This document shows positions 16,354 to 28,716 of a DNA stretch of 64,000 bases, piece after piece. This DNA comes from a virus. Lineage: Duplodnaviria > Caudoviricetes. The translations under genes and the position numbers were made by a program. The DNA lies in the IMG/VR virus record IMGVR_UViG_3300037422_000298; one strand, written 5' to 3'. The notes under the pieces are model-generated. The model searched no databases, was not told where the DNA came from, and saw only the letters and a program-made list of their open reading frames with translations. The stretch's first letter is position 1, and every line of letters begins with the position of its first letter.

Positions 16354-16830
16354 ATGGCTACGCAAGACACGCAGGACGCTCCCAGGCCCGGTCGACTGAT
16401 GGACGGTGCCCAGGCGCGCAAGTTCGTTCTCGGCGGGAACGCTCGTGTGACGCTGGTCAGCGTCAAGACCGGCACGCGGTTCACGTTTCGCGTCCGTGCG
16501 AAGAACTTCCCGATCCCCAAGGGCGAGGCTGCGGCGCCGCCTTGGTTCGTGGCCCTCCTGACGGGGCGGGACAACAACTCGGACTACACGTTCCTCGGGA
16601 CGATCTTCGAGGACAACTCCTACCGTCACAGCCACAAGAGCCGCGTGACGCCGGATGCGCTGTCCGCGAAGGGTTTCGCGTGGGCCTGGGCCTACCTCGC
16701 CAAAGGCGAGCTGCCGCCCGGCTGCGAGGTGTGGCACGAGGGTACTTGTGGTCGTTGTGGGCGTGGGTTGTCGGTCCCGGAGTCGATCGCTCGCGGGCTC
16801 GGCCCCGAGTGTGCAGACGGAGGATTCTAG
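16354..16830 (+). CDS. DUF6011-like Zn-finger phage protein
   Basis: CGRCGRGLSVPESIARGLGPEC. Confidence 0.8.
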   Translation: MATQDTQDAPRPGRLMDGAQARKFVLGGNARVTLVSVKTGTRFTFRVRAKNFPIPKGEAAAPPWFVALLTGRDNNSDYTFLGTIFEDNSYRHSHKSRVTPDALSAKGFAWAWAYLAKGELPPGCEVWHEGTCGRCGRGLSVPESIARGLGPECADGGF

Positions 16831-16833
16831 GTC

Positions 16834-19800
16834 ATGACGACGAAGTTCAAACACGGCACGTTGGACGAGCACCGCGGCGACGGTGGTCGTTACGTCAAAG
16901 CTGATCGGTGCGACGCCTGTGGCAAGGCGTGCAACGAAGCGACGCGGATGACCGACGACGAGGTGTGCGAAGGCTCGGACGGTCCGGGATTCTTCCTGTG
17001 CGATCGCAAGCGCTGTATGGCGAGCTACGCCGAACTGCCTGTCGAGGCGCGCCGGGAGCTGTTCACCGCGCAACGCGCGAAGAACGGGAGCTGCTAGCCA
17101 TGACGACGAAGACCAAGCTCAAGTGGCATCGCGAGGGTTACGACCGGTACGAGGATCAGTACCTCATTCCAGTCGGGCAGGAGCGCACCGAGGACGACGA
17201 TCTCAACGTCGACGCAGCGGTTGCGTGGATCAAGATCGCGTACAGCCGTGTCCGGTTCTTCAATGGACGCGGCGGTGAAGGCGAAAGCAGGCCTGATTCC
17301 TACGTCGCGTACGTGCAGGACACGGGTCGGCGCCGTCACCTCGGCCGTGCGATCGTCGAAGGTGCAACGGAAACCGCGCATGTCGGAGGGTTGTTCTCCG
17401 ACAAGATGGAGCGTTCGTTCACGACGCTGCGTGCTGCGAAGAAAGCAATCGCGGCCGAACTGGCGAAGATCGAAGCTGAGAGCGCGGCGCACTTCGGCCA
17501 CAAGGGCGGCGAGTGCGAGCGCTGCGACGCCGCTGACAAGATCATCGAGCGCTTGGCGGTCGAAGATGCGCATGGCGGCGCTTGGCAGTCGACGGACGAG
17601 CTTCCCAACGAGCTGTGTATGGATGCTGCGTCGTGCAGTGTGTGTGGCGGTCCGTTGATGCCGCTCGGCGCACTCGGGACGGTCAATCACTTCCGGTGCC
17701 GCAACTGCGGCATGGACTCGCACGCGAGGAGCGCGTCGTGAAGATCAAGCTCGATAACCTCGATCGCGACGACGGCTCCGTCATGATCACGACCGTCGAC
17801 GATCGACCGTTTCTTCTGACTGCCCTACTCGCTGAGGGCTACGACGTCGATGATTCGGAGTACGTCGAGCCAGCTCGTCCAAGGAGCGCGTCGTGATGTC
17901 GTTCTACGTTGCAGTCCCGAACGTGCATCCGATCGTGTATCAACTCGTGGACACGGTGCCCGTGTCGACCGATCGGCACCGGAACTGGCGCGGCTACGCC
18001 TTCGAGCAGACGCCCGAGTTCATCGTCCACAGCAAGATGCACGGCAGCCACGACAAGGCCAAGCCGTACGTCGTGCGCGGCGTCGACAAGAGTGGTCGAC
18101 TGCTCGTACAGACGATCGCCGAGAGCGTGACCGAGTACGACAAGATCGACACCTGGCACGAGATCGACGGCGAGTACACCGTCGAGGGCTACCGCTTCAA
18201 GCGTTACGCGCTCAAGCCGATGCTGACGCTGATCAAGCTCGGCGTGACCGCGGCGAAGACTCGTGCACGCGTCGAGAAGAAGGCCGCGAAGCAGGGCGAG
18301 CGAGACGAGAAGTGCGGTACGTGTCCGTGCTGCTTCGGTGACTACGTCGTGACGACGGCCCACCTTGCAAGGTATCGACACGTGACGACCAAGATGGTTC
18401 ACCACGGCTACGTGACGACCAAGATGGTTCACCACGGCTACGAACGGCCAGGCTACGGCTACATCGTCGGTGATTGTCACGGCGTCGGGTTCGAACCGTT
18501 CGAAGTCTCGTGTGAAGGCACGAAGTCGTGGCTCAACCAGCTTCGTGGCATCTTGAACTACCGCCGCGAGGCGCTGCGACAACTGGATCTCCACGATCAG
18601 ATCACCGTCGAGTACAAGGTTCGTCGTGGCTGGGGCGGCAAGGCGCAGCTCGAAAAGAAGATCATCAAGCGTGGCGAAGATGGCTTCAAGGAGGCCGTCG
18701 AGAATCGTCGATACGAGCTGGAACGCGACATCGAGAAGATCACGCGCGACATCGGCGAGTACGAGAAGCGAATCGCCGAATGGAAGCCGCAGCCGTGGCC
18801 TCGCGTCCAGAAGGGCAAGTGACATGTCGCAAGAGCTGTTGAACTACAAACGCGTCGATCTCATCAACTGCTCGCCGCACCAATGGTGCGAGGTGCTCGC
18901 GCTCGCGGCGAAGATCGGCGTCACCGACGCGATGGTCGGGAACAAGGAGCGTTCGCGCAAAGACCTAGCAGCGCTGCTCGCAACTGACCATCGCGTCGGT
19001 CACGCGCGTGCGCTCAAGAGCGCGTACAGCGCCGGGCGCTTTCACGTCGACGTGATGGGGAAGGACTAAATGAAGCGCGTCGACATCAAGGCAATCCTGC
19101 GCGATCCCGTGCAGCGTCGAGAGCTGTGCGTGCGAACTATCATTGCTACGCAAGCGCGCGAAGGCATCGTCACTACGCGTGCGCAGGCCGAGGCTGCGTA
19201 CGACAACGTCCAGAAGGAGCGCAAGTAACCGTGTCGAATCCAGTCCATCTGCAGCTCGAACGCGAGATCGTCAACATGATCGAGTCGACGATCGAGGACA
19301 CGCGCGTCCCGGATGCCGTTGCTGCGCACGCGGACAAACGTGCAGGTAAGCCGGTTACATCCAAGGACGCTGAGACGCTCGAAGCACAGCTCGGTATCCC
19401 CGTTCGAATTTCGAAGCGCTACGGCATGACACACGTAGCGTGGGCGAAGGGTGAACCGCCCAACCCGTGGCGGGATGAAGGCTCGATCTTGATCTCGAAC
19501 AGCGACACGGGCGTGCGCTGGCCGACCGCCGATGAACTGCGCAGGAAAGAACCAGCGCACTACGGTGCGCGCGACGAGCGCAACCAGAAGCGTCGCCAGC
19601 TTCTGCAGGAACACGTTACGATGCGCGACGCGATCGGTCGCGCAGGCGTTCCCGAGATCACCGACCAGTCGATGATCTATCGTGCCGCGCAGGCAATCGT
19701 CCAGTTTCGCGAGGCGCGCGAAGCACTTCGCAAGCTCTTCGACTACGACGAACCGTTGCACGTCGTGCGCTACAACGTCAGCCGCATGCTTGGAGTGGAT

Positions 19801-20704
19801 GTTCTATGAAAGTTCCGCTGCCAACGATCAATCTGTCTGCCGAGAACATCGTCGAGAATCGACGCATTCTCGTAGACGCTGTCAAGCAGTACAAGGGCGC
19901 GATTCAGGCATGCGAGGGCCTGCTCAAGGCCAATGCCGCGTTGTGCGAGCATCCTCAGAAGGTGAAGCACTACGATCCGGGCTACGGGGGTGGCGGCTAC
20001 TCGCACTCGGAGTGTCAAATTTGCGGCGCGCGGTTGCTGTAATGCCCAAGCTCGATTTGACCGAACAGGAAGTCCGTCGGCTCGAACAGAAGCTGCGCGG
20101 GTCGCCGGAGTATGGTCCCGACAACTTGCCGTACAAGATCTGGCGCAAAGCTGCTGACGAATGCAACAAGCTCGACGACGTCGAGTACCGTCGACTCTAC
20201 GGTGTTGGGCTGCCGTGGAACCTTCGGAAGTGACCCGATGAAGATCAGTGCAGAGGAACACGAGCACCGTATGCGCATCGGCGACGCCGAGCTAGCGCTC
20301 TCGAAAGCTGTCCTCGACATCGAGAAGAAGTACCAACTGACTGTCGACGAGCTAGCAAAGCTACTCGTTGATCGTGCATCACGAATCCTCGAAGATGGCA
20401 TCGCCATCGAGCGGGGACAGGCAAAGTGAGAAGAAAGGCCTATAGACCGCCTGGCTGGGCAGAACAGCCTGTCTCTTGGGCCTTTTCAGTGGCTTTCAAG
20501 AAGCCTCGCGGGAAGCGATTGCTTTGGATTTCAACCGACGCGCAGGATGAAGTGAAGGCCTCACGACAAGCCCAACGCTACGTCGAGGAGAACTATCCCG
20601 ACAACGAATACGGGATCAGTCGAACCTACTGGCGCCACTGGCGCGGATACAGCGAGCCGATCACGAAGGACGAATACGAGTTTGCCTTGCAGCGTCGCCG
20701 CTGA
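16834..20704 (+). CDS. Early-type cluster of hypothetical genes (16834-17097, 17100-17741, 17738-17896, 17893-18822, 18824-19069, 19070-19228, 19231-19809, 19806-20042, 20042-20233, 20238-20429, 20426-20704)
   Basis: Tightly coupled + strand ORFs, several with CxxC motifs. Confidence 0.6.
18381..18440 (+). repeat. Exact 30-bp in-frame tandem duplication (VTTKMVHHGY x2)
   Basis: CGTGACGACCAAGATGGTTCACCACGGCTA x2. Confidence 0.95.
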
Positions 20705-20737
20705 TCTCGCCAGTGAGTGTCGCCGCCGGAGGCGGCG

Positions 20738-21331
20738 CTACTTGAGGCGGATCTCGATAGTGACGGGGCCGATGAAGCCGCTCCGGCCCTGAACTTGGAG
20801 GCGGCGGGTCTCGCCGGTCAGAAGCTGCGCTTGGACGGCATTGCGGGTATTGGGTACCGCGGCGGTGAGCTTGGTCGTCCAGTTGGCGTCGGTCGCGTTC
20901 GTCAAAAACGCCTTGATGGTCGAGTCGGCGCGACAGTCGTCGGCCATCTCTTGCTGCGTACGAGAGGTGGTCGTGTCGCCTTGCCCATCGCTGATCCATT
21001 GGTACTGCAGCGCGTTCGGCAACGTAGCTTTGAGTTCGAGTGCAGCAGCCATATCGCCAGCTTAACACTCCGGCGGCGCGGCTGCGACGATCGCCTGGCC
21101 AACGGCGCCGACGCCGACGATGCTAAGACCGATCACGAGGGGCGCTTTGCTGTCTTTGTTGCTGCTGGTGACCCGCAACAGACCGCCGAGAATGGCGCCC
21201 CCAACAAGTCCAACGATGGCGCCGAGCGCTGCGCCTTCGACAGCTCGTGATGCGCGAGACTGCGGTCGGCAGCTCTGTTCGTCAGCGTGCGGTTCGCAGT
21301 GTCGCGCGAGCGATCGTCGTCGATGGCGCAT
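20738..21331 (-). CDS. Two small genes (20738-21052; 21062-21331 with 2 TM)
   Basis: Coupled minus-strand ORFs. Confidence 0.55.
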
Positions 21332-21807
21332 CAGCACTCCGGCTTGTGCGCGCCAACGGCCAGTCCGGCGATGGCGCCGACGACCGTGATGCCGCTGGCG
21401 ACAACGGCCATGTTTCGGAAGCGTTTGACGGCCTCGACAGGCGCGGTCACGCTGGTTTGCGTTGTCACGACGGCGAGCGCGACACCCCCGCCAATCATGC
21501 CGCCGAGAAGGGTACCGATCAGAAACCCGACGCTGCCGCGCACCCAGCGCGGACTGTCCGAACAGGCGGCGTCTCCGAAACCGTTCTGCTTTAACAGAAG
21601 TTGTTCGTGTCTTACTCCCGTTCGTCGAATGTAGTAAGGACGACCCTTGTTTTCGCACAGGTGATCGAGAGCAATTTCACGTGCGATTCCTCGATCACGC
21701 GTGTGCTCCATTTCGACGTCTGTCCCCAACTTGAGTTGAGCAGGATCGACATCCTTGGCCGTGCAGCCATGCCGTCGAGCGTAGCCGTTGGGTATACGGT
21801 AGCGCAT
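21331..21807 (-). CDS. DUF5661-like domain protein with 2 TM helices
   Basis: QLKLGTDVEMEHTRDRGIAREIALDHLCE...YY. Confidence 0.7.
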   Translation of the reverse strand: MRYRIPNGYARRHGCTAKDVDPAQLKLGTDVEMEHTRDRGIAREIALDHLCENKGRPYYIRRTGVRHEQLLLKQNGFGDAACSDSPRWVRGSVGFLIGTLLGGMIGGGVALAVVTTQTSVTAPVEAVKRFRNMAVVASGITVVGAIAGLAVGAHKPEC

Positions 21808-21844
21808 GCCTCGACGATACCACAGGCGATCGCGGGAGCGATCG

Positions 21845-22081
21845 CTACGCGGCTTCGACGCCGGGCAGCCCCAATCCTGACCGCAGGAGGTCTCGAACCG
21901 CGGCCGACAGGTTCGGCCGGTCGTAGTTCTTGGCACGTGGCGGAATGCCTTCGAGCTTGCGTGCATGCGCTTCGAGCTTCTCGCGTAGCTCGTCGTCGAT
22001 CACGACGTGCAGATGCGAGATGCGATCGTTGGCGCGACTGGCGCTCGATCGCGTACGGGACTGACGTTTGGACTTGCTCAC
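21845..22081 (-). CDS. Ribbon-helix-helix DNA-binding protein
   Basis: HLHVVIDDELREKLEAHARK...NLSAAVRDLLRSGL. Confidence 0.65.
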   Translation of the reverse strand: MSKSKRQSRTRSSASRANDRISHLHVVIDDELREKLEAHARKLEGIPPRAKNYDRPNLSAAVRDLLRSGLGLPGVEAA

Positions 22082-22127
22082 GCGTGCGATTATACTCGCG
22101 CTTTGCGCGAAGTGCTAGTCTTCCGCG

Positions 22128-23523
22128 TTACGTGTCCCACTCGTCGCGATCGCTGGCGCGACTGAGTGATCGTGCTGCGAAGACACCGGCAACTGCGAGG
22201 GCAGCAAGCCCGATTACGCCGCCGAGGATGATCTTACGCGACGTCGTCTTGCGCGTTTCGTCGTCGGTAGCTTGCCCGAGTCCGAATGTCGGCACGCCTG
22301 GCTGTAGGTACATGTTCTGATCGAACAGGTAGTGATAGCGGCCGGTCTGCGCGCGCGGGTAGTGCCGACCGACCACGCCTTGGTAGATTCGGCTCTGATC
22401 GTAGTACATCGGCGCGACAGGAAACCCGGCCGCGTAGAAGTCGGGGAAGCCGTAGCGGTAGCCGCCGACCCATCGCCTGACGAGGTCGTTCGCGCTCTCG
22501 TAGTGAGGCACGTACGGCGCGTCGGGCTCGATCGCGAACTCGGCGGTGAACATCTACGACCTACCAGCTCCGGCTACGGCGGCCTCGACGTCCGCGACCG
22601 AGCGCGGGTCTGTAGCTGTCTTCATACGCCATCGCAGGCTTGTGTCGCGCGGCGGAGACGGCTGCGAGTGCCGTGAGGCCGACCATCGCGGCAGCGGTGC
22701 CGATGATGAGACCGGTCTGCGGCCCTCGGGTTGCGCCAGGCTTCACGAACGGGAGCGCCTCGATCGTCGTCGGATCGAGCGCCGTTTGAACCGGCTGGTT
22801 GTTGCGCGCTTTGAACGCCGTCACCAGCGTGTCGAAGTTGTTCGAGACGTCGTTCAGGTACTCGGCAACCTCCGACGACATCTCGGCGAGAATGCCGTTG
22901 TTCAGCGGATTGATGAACGCGATGGCGACGTTCCGGTTCGGGATCTGTTTGAGCGCGCCCGCAAACGTGATTGCGAGTGCCGTCGGGCCACGCGTGCTGT
23001 CACCGACGATGCCGTCGATGCCGCCACCGCCGCCGGTCGCGATCGGGTTGTCCTGGATTTCACCGATGCGCGCACAGTTGCTGAACGTTCCTGATCCGTC
23101 TTCGCGCGGGAACTCGGCGCAGAGCTGATCGTCGGACAACTGCCCACGCAGACCAGCGTTGACGAGCGTGATGAGGCGATCCACGGCCTGCTGCATGCGG
23201 CGGATCGGCGCCTTGGCGCCGTCGCCGGTCTGGTTCAGGACGCACTGGACACGGTTCGTGTTCGCTTCCTTGTTGCAGAAGACGACATTGCCGAGACCGA
23301 ATCCTGCGGGATCGCCGACGAAGGATGCCGGTAGCGGTTGGCCGTTGTTGAAGGCGTTGAAGTCGCTGACCGGCTGTCCGAATCCGGCGAAGTAGCCGAA
23401 CCCGGTTGGAGGTTGTGGCGCGTTGAAGCGGCTGAAGTACTGCGCGAACGTTGCCGGTTGTGCTTGCCCGAAGCCGTGGCCGTAACCATAGCCCCAACCA
23501 GGAGTGTACGTGCTTGCGAGCAT
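22128..23523 (-). CDS. Two TM-anchored virion proteins (22128-22553; 22561-23523)
   Basis: GFG/GLG motifs, C-terminal TM and short charged tails; DGIVG PG-binding-like motif in the second. Confidence 0.65.
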
Positions 23524-23577
23524 GGATTTTGCCTCTTGACTGAGCCTACCACAAAGTCGATCGCGCAAGCGATCGCG

Positions 23578-25862
23578 CTACCGCTTGGGACGCTTTTCCC
23601 AGCACCGCATGACGACGTTGGGGCTCGACGGTACGTCGCACGGTATCTGTCGAAAGCCTGCTTTGCGAAGTGCTTGCGCGCGACCGGGACGCCGTCCTTC
23701 CCACCATTCCTCGTCGTATCCCAACTCGGCAGTGTGTTGCCGACGGCGGTAGCGGCGCACGGCAACGATCGTTCCGATTGCGGCAGCGGCGATCCCGCCC
23801 GCGATGATCCATACGAACAGCGGCACGCGCGTCGCGTCGCAGATCTCGCTGATCTCGATCGCCTTCGCTTGTTCGGTGCCGCGAACGCTCTTGCACATCG
23901 TCTTGGCGCGCGTGCACGCTGGGCTCGAACGGCTCTCACGACACGCATCGACGACTTGTTGGATGACGGACTTGATCTCCGGCGGCGGCGGTTCTTGCTG
24001 AGTCGCTACGACCTCAGCTGGCGTCGCAGACGACTGCAGCACGCCGACGGCTTCGAGATCGCGCACCATGGCCTGCAGCTGCGTGATCAACTCCGGTGCT
24101 GCTGCAGCTAGCTCCTCGCGGGTCGTCGGTGCTGTCGCGTTGGCGATCGTGGCCGCTTTCTGTGCGGCAGCGAGAGTCTCGTCGCCGATGAAGCCGTCGA
24201 CGATGATCGGCGTGAACTTGTCGCCAAGAGTCGCGAAGCGGTTGATCAACACCTGCAGCGTCTTGAATTGATCGTGAATTGCTCCGATGCCGAAGCAGAT
24301 CGGTAGCGGGTCGCCTGCCTTGTCGACGCACTTGAAGTCGGTGTTGATCGTCAGTGCCACCAGCTGAAGTCCTTGTCGGAGGCGGTACTGTCGTCACCGT
24401 CGAAGTCATCGTCGCCGTCGAGATCGTCTTCGCCGTCGAGATCGTCTTCGCCGTCGAGATCGTCGTCGCCGTCGAGATCGCTATCGTCGTCGCCGTCGAG
24501 ATCGTCGTCGGCACCGAATGCAGGCTGCAGGCGTGTCTTCCGTCGGTAGTACATGAAACCGACACCACCAACGACAGCAACTACTGCGAGACCGCCGAGG
24601 ATCCACGGCAGGAATTTCTTGAGCGTGGATTTGGGAGCCGGGCCGGTGGTTGCTGCGATGATCTCGTCGGCGGCTTCCTTGGGCAACTCGGCTGTTGTGG
24701 TTGTCGCAGTGATCGGATCTACCGGTTGGCCTGGCGGCGCGAGTTTCGCAGAATCGAGCCTTTCTTGTTCTGCGATAAGCCGGTCAAGCCGCGCTGTGAG
24801 TTCGACTGCTTGCGTTGTGAGTTCTTCTTTGGAGTTCGGGGACTGTCCCGACAGCAAAGTGCTTTGGAAAACTTTCTGTACAAACGCGAGTGTTGCAGGT
24901 CCAACGAAGCCATCGACGACAAGCGGTGTCTCGATAGCTTCGGTGAAGGGTAGGCCTACGTTGAGTACAAGACGGAGGCGATTCAGACTTCGCTGCAAGA
25001 GCTGCAGCGCGATGTGGTTGTTGTCGCCAATGCCGAAGCAGATCGGCAGCGGGTTACCTGCGCGGTCGACGCACTTGAAGTCTGTGCCTTGAACGAGCGG
25101 CATCGGCTATCGCCTCGAACGCCGTTTTGAGGTCTTCTTCGAACGCTTGCGTTTCGAGCGCTTCGTGCGGCCTTTGCCGAGCGCCGCCTTGGGCGCTGTT
25201 GTTGCTGGCGGTGGAAGCGTCGACGCGGATCGCGTCGGTGCAGCCTGCGTCGCCTTGTGTCGATAGTAGGCAAAGCCGACGGCGCCGACGATCACAACCG
25301 CTGCGGCACCGCCTAAAACCCAGGGCAGGATGCTTTTCTTTTCGGGCAACGCTGCGACGGCCGCATCGGCGGCTTCTACAGTCGGCGCGGTCGTGCTCAC
25401 GGTGACTTCGTCGGCAGCTTTCGAGGGTACGCCTGCCTGTTTGACGATCTCCGTGGTCGGTTGAACGGGCTCGCCACCTGGCGCGAGCGCCTCGCCGCCT
25501 TCTACGGCGAGCGCTTCGAGCTGCGCGATGATCTCGCGCGCGTTCTGTGCGACCAGTTCCTTGGTTGTTGTATCCGCGCCCAGGTCACTGGCGAGTCTTC
25601 CGAGTGCTGCAACGGTCAACGGACCGATGAAACCGTCGACGATAAGCGGCGTGAACGCACGCGACAGCGAGAACTTATTGATGCGCTGTTGCAGCGTTTG
25701 AAGAAGTGCATGGTTCGCAGCGCCGATCCCGAAGCAGATCGGAAGTGGCTTGCCCGCCTTGTCGACGCACTTGAAGTCGGTGCCCTGCGCGAGCGCCTGG
25801 CCCAAGTTGGCGGGTGCGTAGCCGTACCCGTAGCCGCCGTAGGATGCAGGAACCATGGCCAT
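23578..25862 (-). CDS. Three tandem paralogs with PG-binding-like domain and TM anchor (23578-24360, 24351-25103, 25107-25862)
   Basis: Shared TDFKCVD(K/R)AGxPLPICFGIG...LQ...NR/K...VDGF(I/V)G. Confidence 0.8.
24392..24510 (-). repeat. 18-bp tandem repeat encoding an acidic (D/E)DDLDG tail
   Basis: CGCCGTCGAGATCGTC-type units, ~6 copies. Confidence 0.9.
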
Positions 25863-26003
25863 CCGCCCCCAAACGTGTATCACGCACCGCCTGGATCGGT
25901 CAAAGATCGCGCGAGCGATCGACCGTCAGAATCGCGTCGAAACCTCGATCACGCCCGCGATCCAGAGTAGGATGAACGAGCAAGGCGCATCGTGACGAAC
26001 TCC

Positions 26004-26315
26004 ATGAACCCCAACGGATCGCGCGTGGTGGTCGTGCTTTTCACGATCCCCGGTTGCGACGCGTGCCGCGAGTACAAGCCGCGCTTTCAGCGCGTCGCGC
26101 AGCATTACCAAGGACACGTGCCGGTCATGATGCTCGATGCAAACGATCCGCGGTGTGCAGACCTCGCGAATCGTTTGAATGTCACGAACGTGCCTGCGAC
26201 GTTCGCGTTGCGGCGCCCTACAGGCATGATTCGCATCGAAGGCGCAATTCCTGATTCTCAAATCGCGTGGCTGTTCGGTATTGCTGCGCGCGAAGCTGCA
26301 AGTCCAAACTACTAG
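26004..26315 (+). CDS. Thioredoxin-fold protein
   Basis: FTIPGCDAC (CxxC), VTNVPATF cis-Pro loop. Confidence 0.8.
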   Translation: MNPNGSRVVVVLFTIPGCDACREYKPRFQRVAQHYQGHVPVMMLDANDPRCADLANRLNVTNVPATFALRRPTGMIRIEGAIPDSQIAWLFGIAAREAASPNY

Positions 26316-26328
26316 AGGAGATGACCAC

Positions 26329-27312
26329 ATGATGTACGCCAGTTTTCGCGGCGCTGACGGGCAAGTTCTCGGTCAGGTCGCTGTCGATCCGTCTGCGGCC
26401 GGTGGCCTGCAGGGAGCGCTCGCCGATGCCGTCGAGAAGCTGCAGCGGACCGGCAACCTGCCAATGAACGCGCGACCGATCCCGCCCGCGTTCTTGCCGC
26501 CGGGACCGCCGCAACCCGTCTCGCAGTCACGGCCGTTCGTGTGCCAGCTACGCTACCTGACGCGCGCACCGAACGGTCAAGTGCTGTGGGCGGTCCGCTC
26601 GATCAACTGCCCCGTCGGCCTGCCGCCCGGCACGTACATCCACACGCCGTAGCGGCGGCGCTCAGTAGTAGCCGTAGCCGTAGCCACCGTAGTAGCCGAA
26701 CGTCGACACCGTGTCTGGCGGCGTCGGCGTCGGCGTGACCGGCGTCGGCGTGACTGGGGCAACCGGCGGCGTCACTGTCGTTGGAGTCTCGGCCTGCTTC
26801 TTGGCCTCGTCGGCAGCGGTCTTTGCCGCGACAGCTGCCGTGATCAGGCCACCGACCGTCGTCATCGCGCCGAGCCACAACGCGGGCGCCCACACGCGCT
26901 CGGTGCGCGCGAGACCGAACGCAGCAGCGAACGTGAGCATCGTGATCGCGCCGCTACCAACTGCGATGGGCACGCCGAGCGTGACCATCTTGTTGCGGAT
27001 GGCTTGAACGCGCTCCGCAACGGTCTGCGTGATCGTCGCTTGCATCAGTGCGCCATCGGCGCCAAGACCGAACATGCGCCGTGCGGCAGTTGCTCTTGCT
27101 GTGGCAACAGACGCTTTGCGCGCAAGCTGCCAGCGTCGATTGGCCTGCATGAGGGCTTGAGCAGCAGCGCCTTCCTTGGGAACGCTGATGCAACATGTAT
27201 CGACGCAATATGTTCCCTCCGAGTCCTTCCCCCATTTACAGCAGTAGCAAACCGTCTGGGTCTCCACTGCGTTAAAGCCGGAGAATGAATTGTTCGATTG
27301 GATGGCGAGCAT
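26329..27312. CDS. Hypothetical 26329-26652 (+) and 2-TM virion protein 26662-27312 (-)
   Basis: GAGGAG RBS before 26329; ML...GF start and TM segments in 26662-27312. Confidence 0.6.
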
Positions 27313-27385
27313 GGTGCGATCTCCACCGGGTAGTGTCTTTTACACTAACCGATCGCGCGAGCGATCGCGAGCAGTTGCTTGCCGT

Positions 27386-28149
27386 TCAAGCGCCGTTTTT
27401 ACGCGTGTCCGGGAACTTCCGGTCTGCGTACCGAAAGGTGACGTAGAACAAGCTGCAAGACAGTAGATCGATCCCGAGCACTGTCGCAGTCGGCCACGAG
27501 GGCGGGAACATGCCCGCGATGTAGACCGGGATGTAGATCGCGAAGAAGATCAGCGCGCAGATCGCGAGGCTGATCGGGTTGCTACGTGCGCGCCACGAAC
27601 GCACGAAGCGGATGAGCACTGGCAGCCACGCGAGGGCGAGGGCGCAGGCAATGCCGAGGGGTACAGCGGTTTCTGGCACGTGGATGTTTCACGACTTCGA
27701 GACGACCCGGTGGCCGGTGCCGTTCATGGTGTCGGTGAGATCAGTGCTCGCGCGCCCGAACCGCTGTACGTGTCGCCGCTGTGCGACCTCGGCGGCGTCG
27801 TGAATGCGCTGATCGACGATGGCCGTCTCCACCTTGATGGAGCGTCGTTGACGGTATTGCCACAGTCGTAACGTCACGACGAGGACCACGAACACGATCA
27901 CTGAAGCGATGAAGGACCACATGTTGTTCACTTCTCCTTTTCAGGATCGAGGTCTGGTTCTTTGCCCTCTTCGAGGGCGGCAACTTCGGTCGGGACGTCG
28001 AGCGTCTTGGCCATGACAGCAACGGCGATCGCGATTCGCTTTAGCTCACTGCGCATGTCTCGCAGCTCGCGCGTGTACATCTTCATGAGCCACACCGAGA
28101 AAGCGATTGGGAACCCCCATCGCTCGATCAGTGTTTGAAGGATGTCCAC
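27386..28149 (-). CDS. Three small membrane proteins; 27928-28149 is YvrJ/BhlA-type holin-like
   Basis: ERWGFPIAFSVWLM followed by a coiled coil. Confidence 0.55.
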
Positions 28150-28167
28150 GGCTCACGTCGACGCAGA

Positions 28168-28594
28168 TTACATCTTGCTCGCGACGCAGCTGCGGAACTG
28201 CCGTCCGTGCTTGCCGCGGCACGCGCGCGAGGCCTTTGCGAGAGCGCGCTTGTATGGCGCGAGGTGCCGCGTCGATGGCTTCTTGCGCGGCGAACAACCT
28301 GCGCCGGTCTTGCCGCGGAACGAGATCACCTTGCCGCGTTTGGTCTTGAAGCGAACGATGCCGGTACGGCACCCACCACGGCTCTTGCTGCGCTTCCTCT
28401 TGCGTGCACCGAACATACTGTTCTCCTGTTGCGCCTTAGCGCTTGACGAAGGGATTCGGACGGACCGCTGGGCGCACCGCCGGACGAGCCGGTTGTTGAC
28501 CCGGAACCGTGCGCACGCAGCAGTTGCTGTTCGCGCCGGGACGCGGACCTACTACGGGACGCACAGGTACTTTGGGAGCACGACGACCGAACAT
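28168..28594 (-). CDS. Two small basic proteins starting MFG (28168-28416, 28436-28594); possible DNA-condensing core proteins
   Basis: Very Arg/Lys-rich; the 52-aa ORF was translated by hand; AGGAG RBS before 28416. Confidence 0.55.
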
Positions 28595-28716
28595 GCCGCC
28601 ATCCTAGCACGATCCCAAGAGCGATCGCGCAAGCGATCCGCGCGAGAACGTAGACGATCCCGACAGCGACTGTTTGACCGTTTCGTTGGGTCCTCGTACA
28701 GTCGAGCCCAAGCGCC

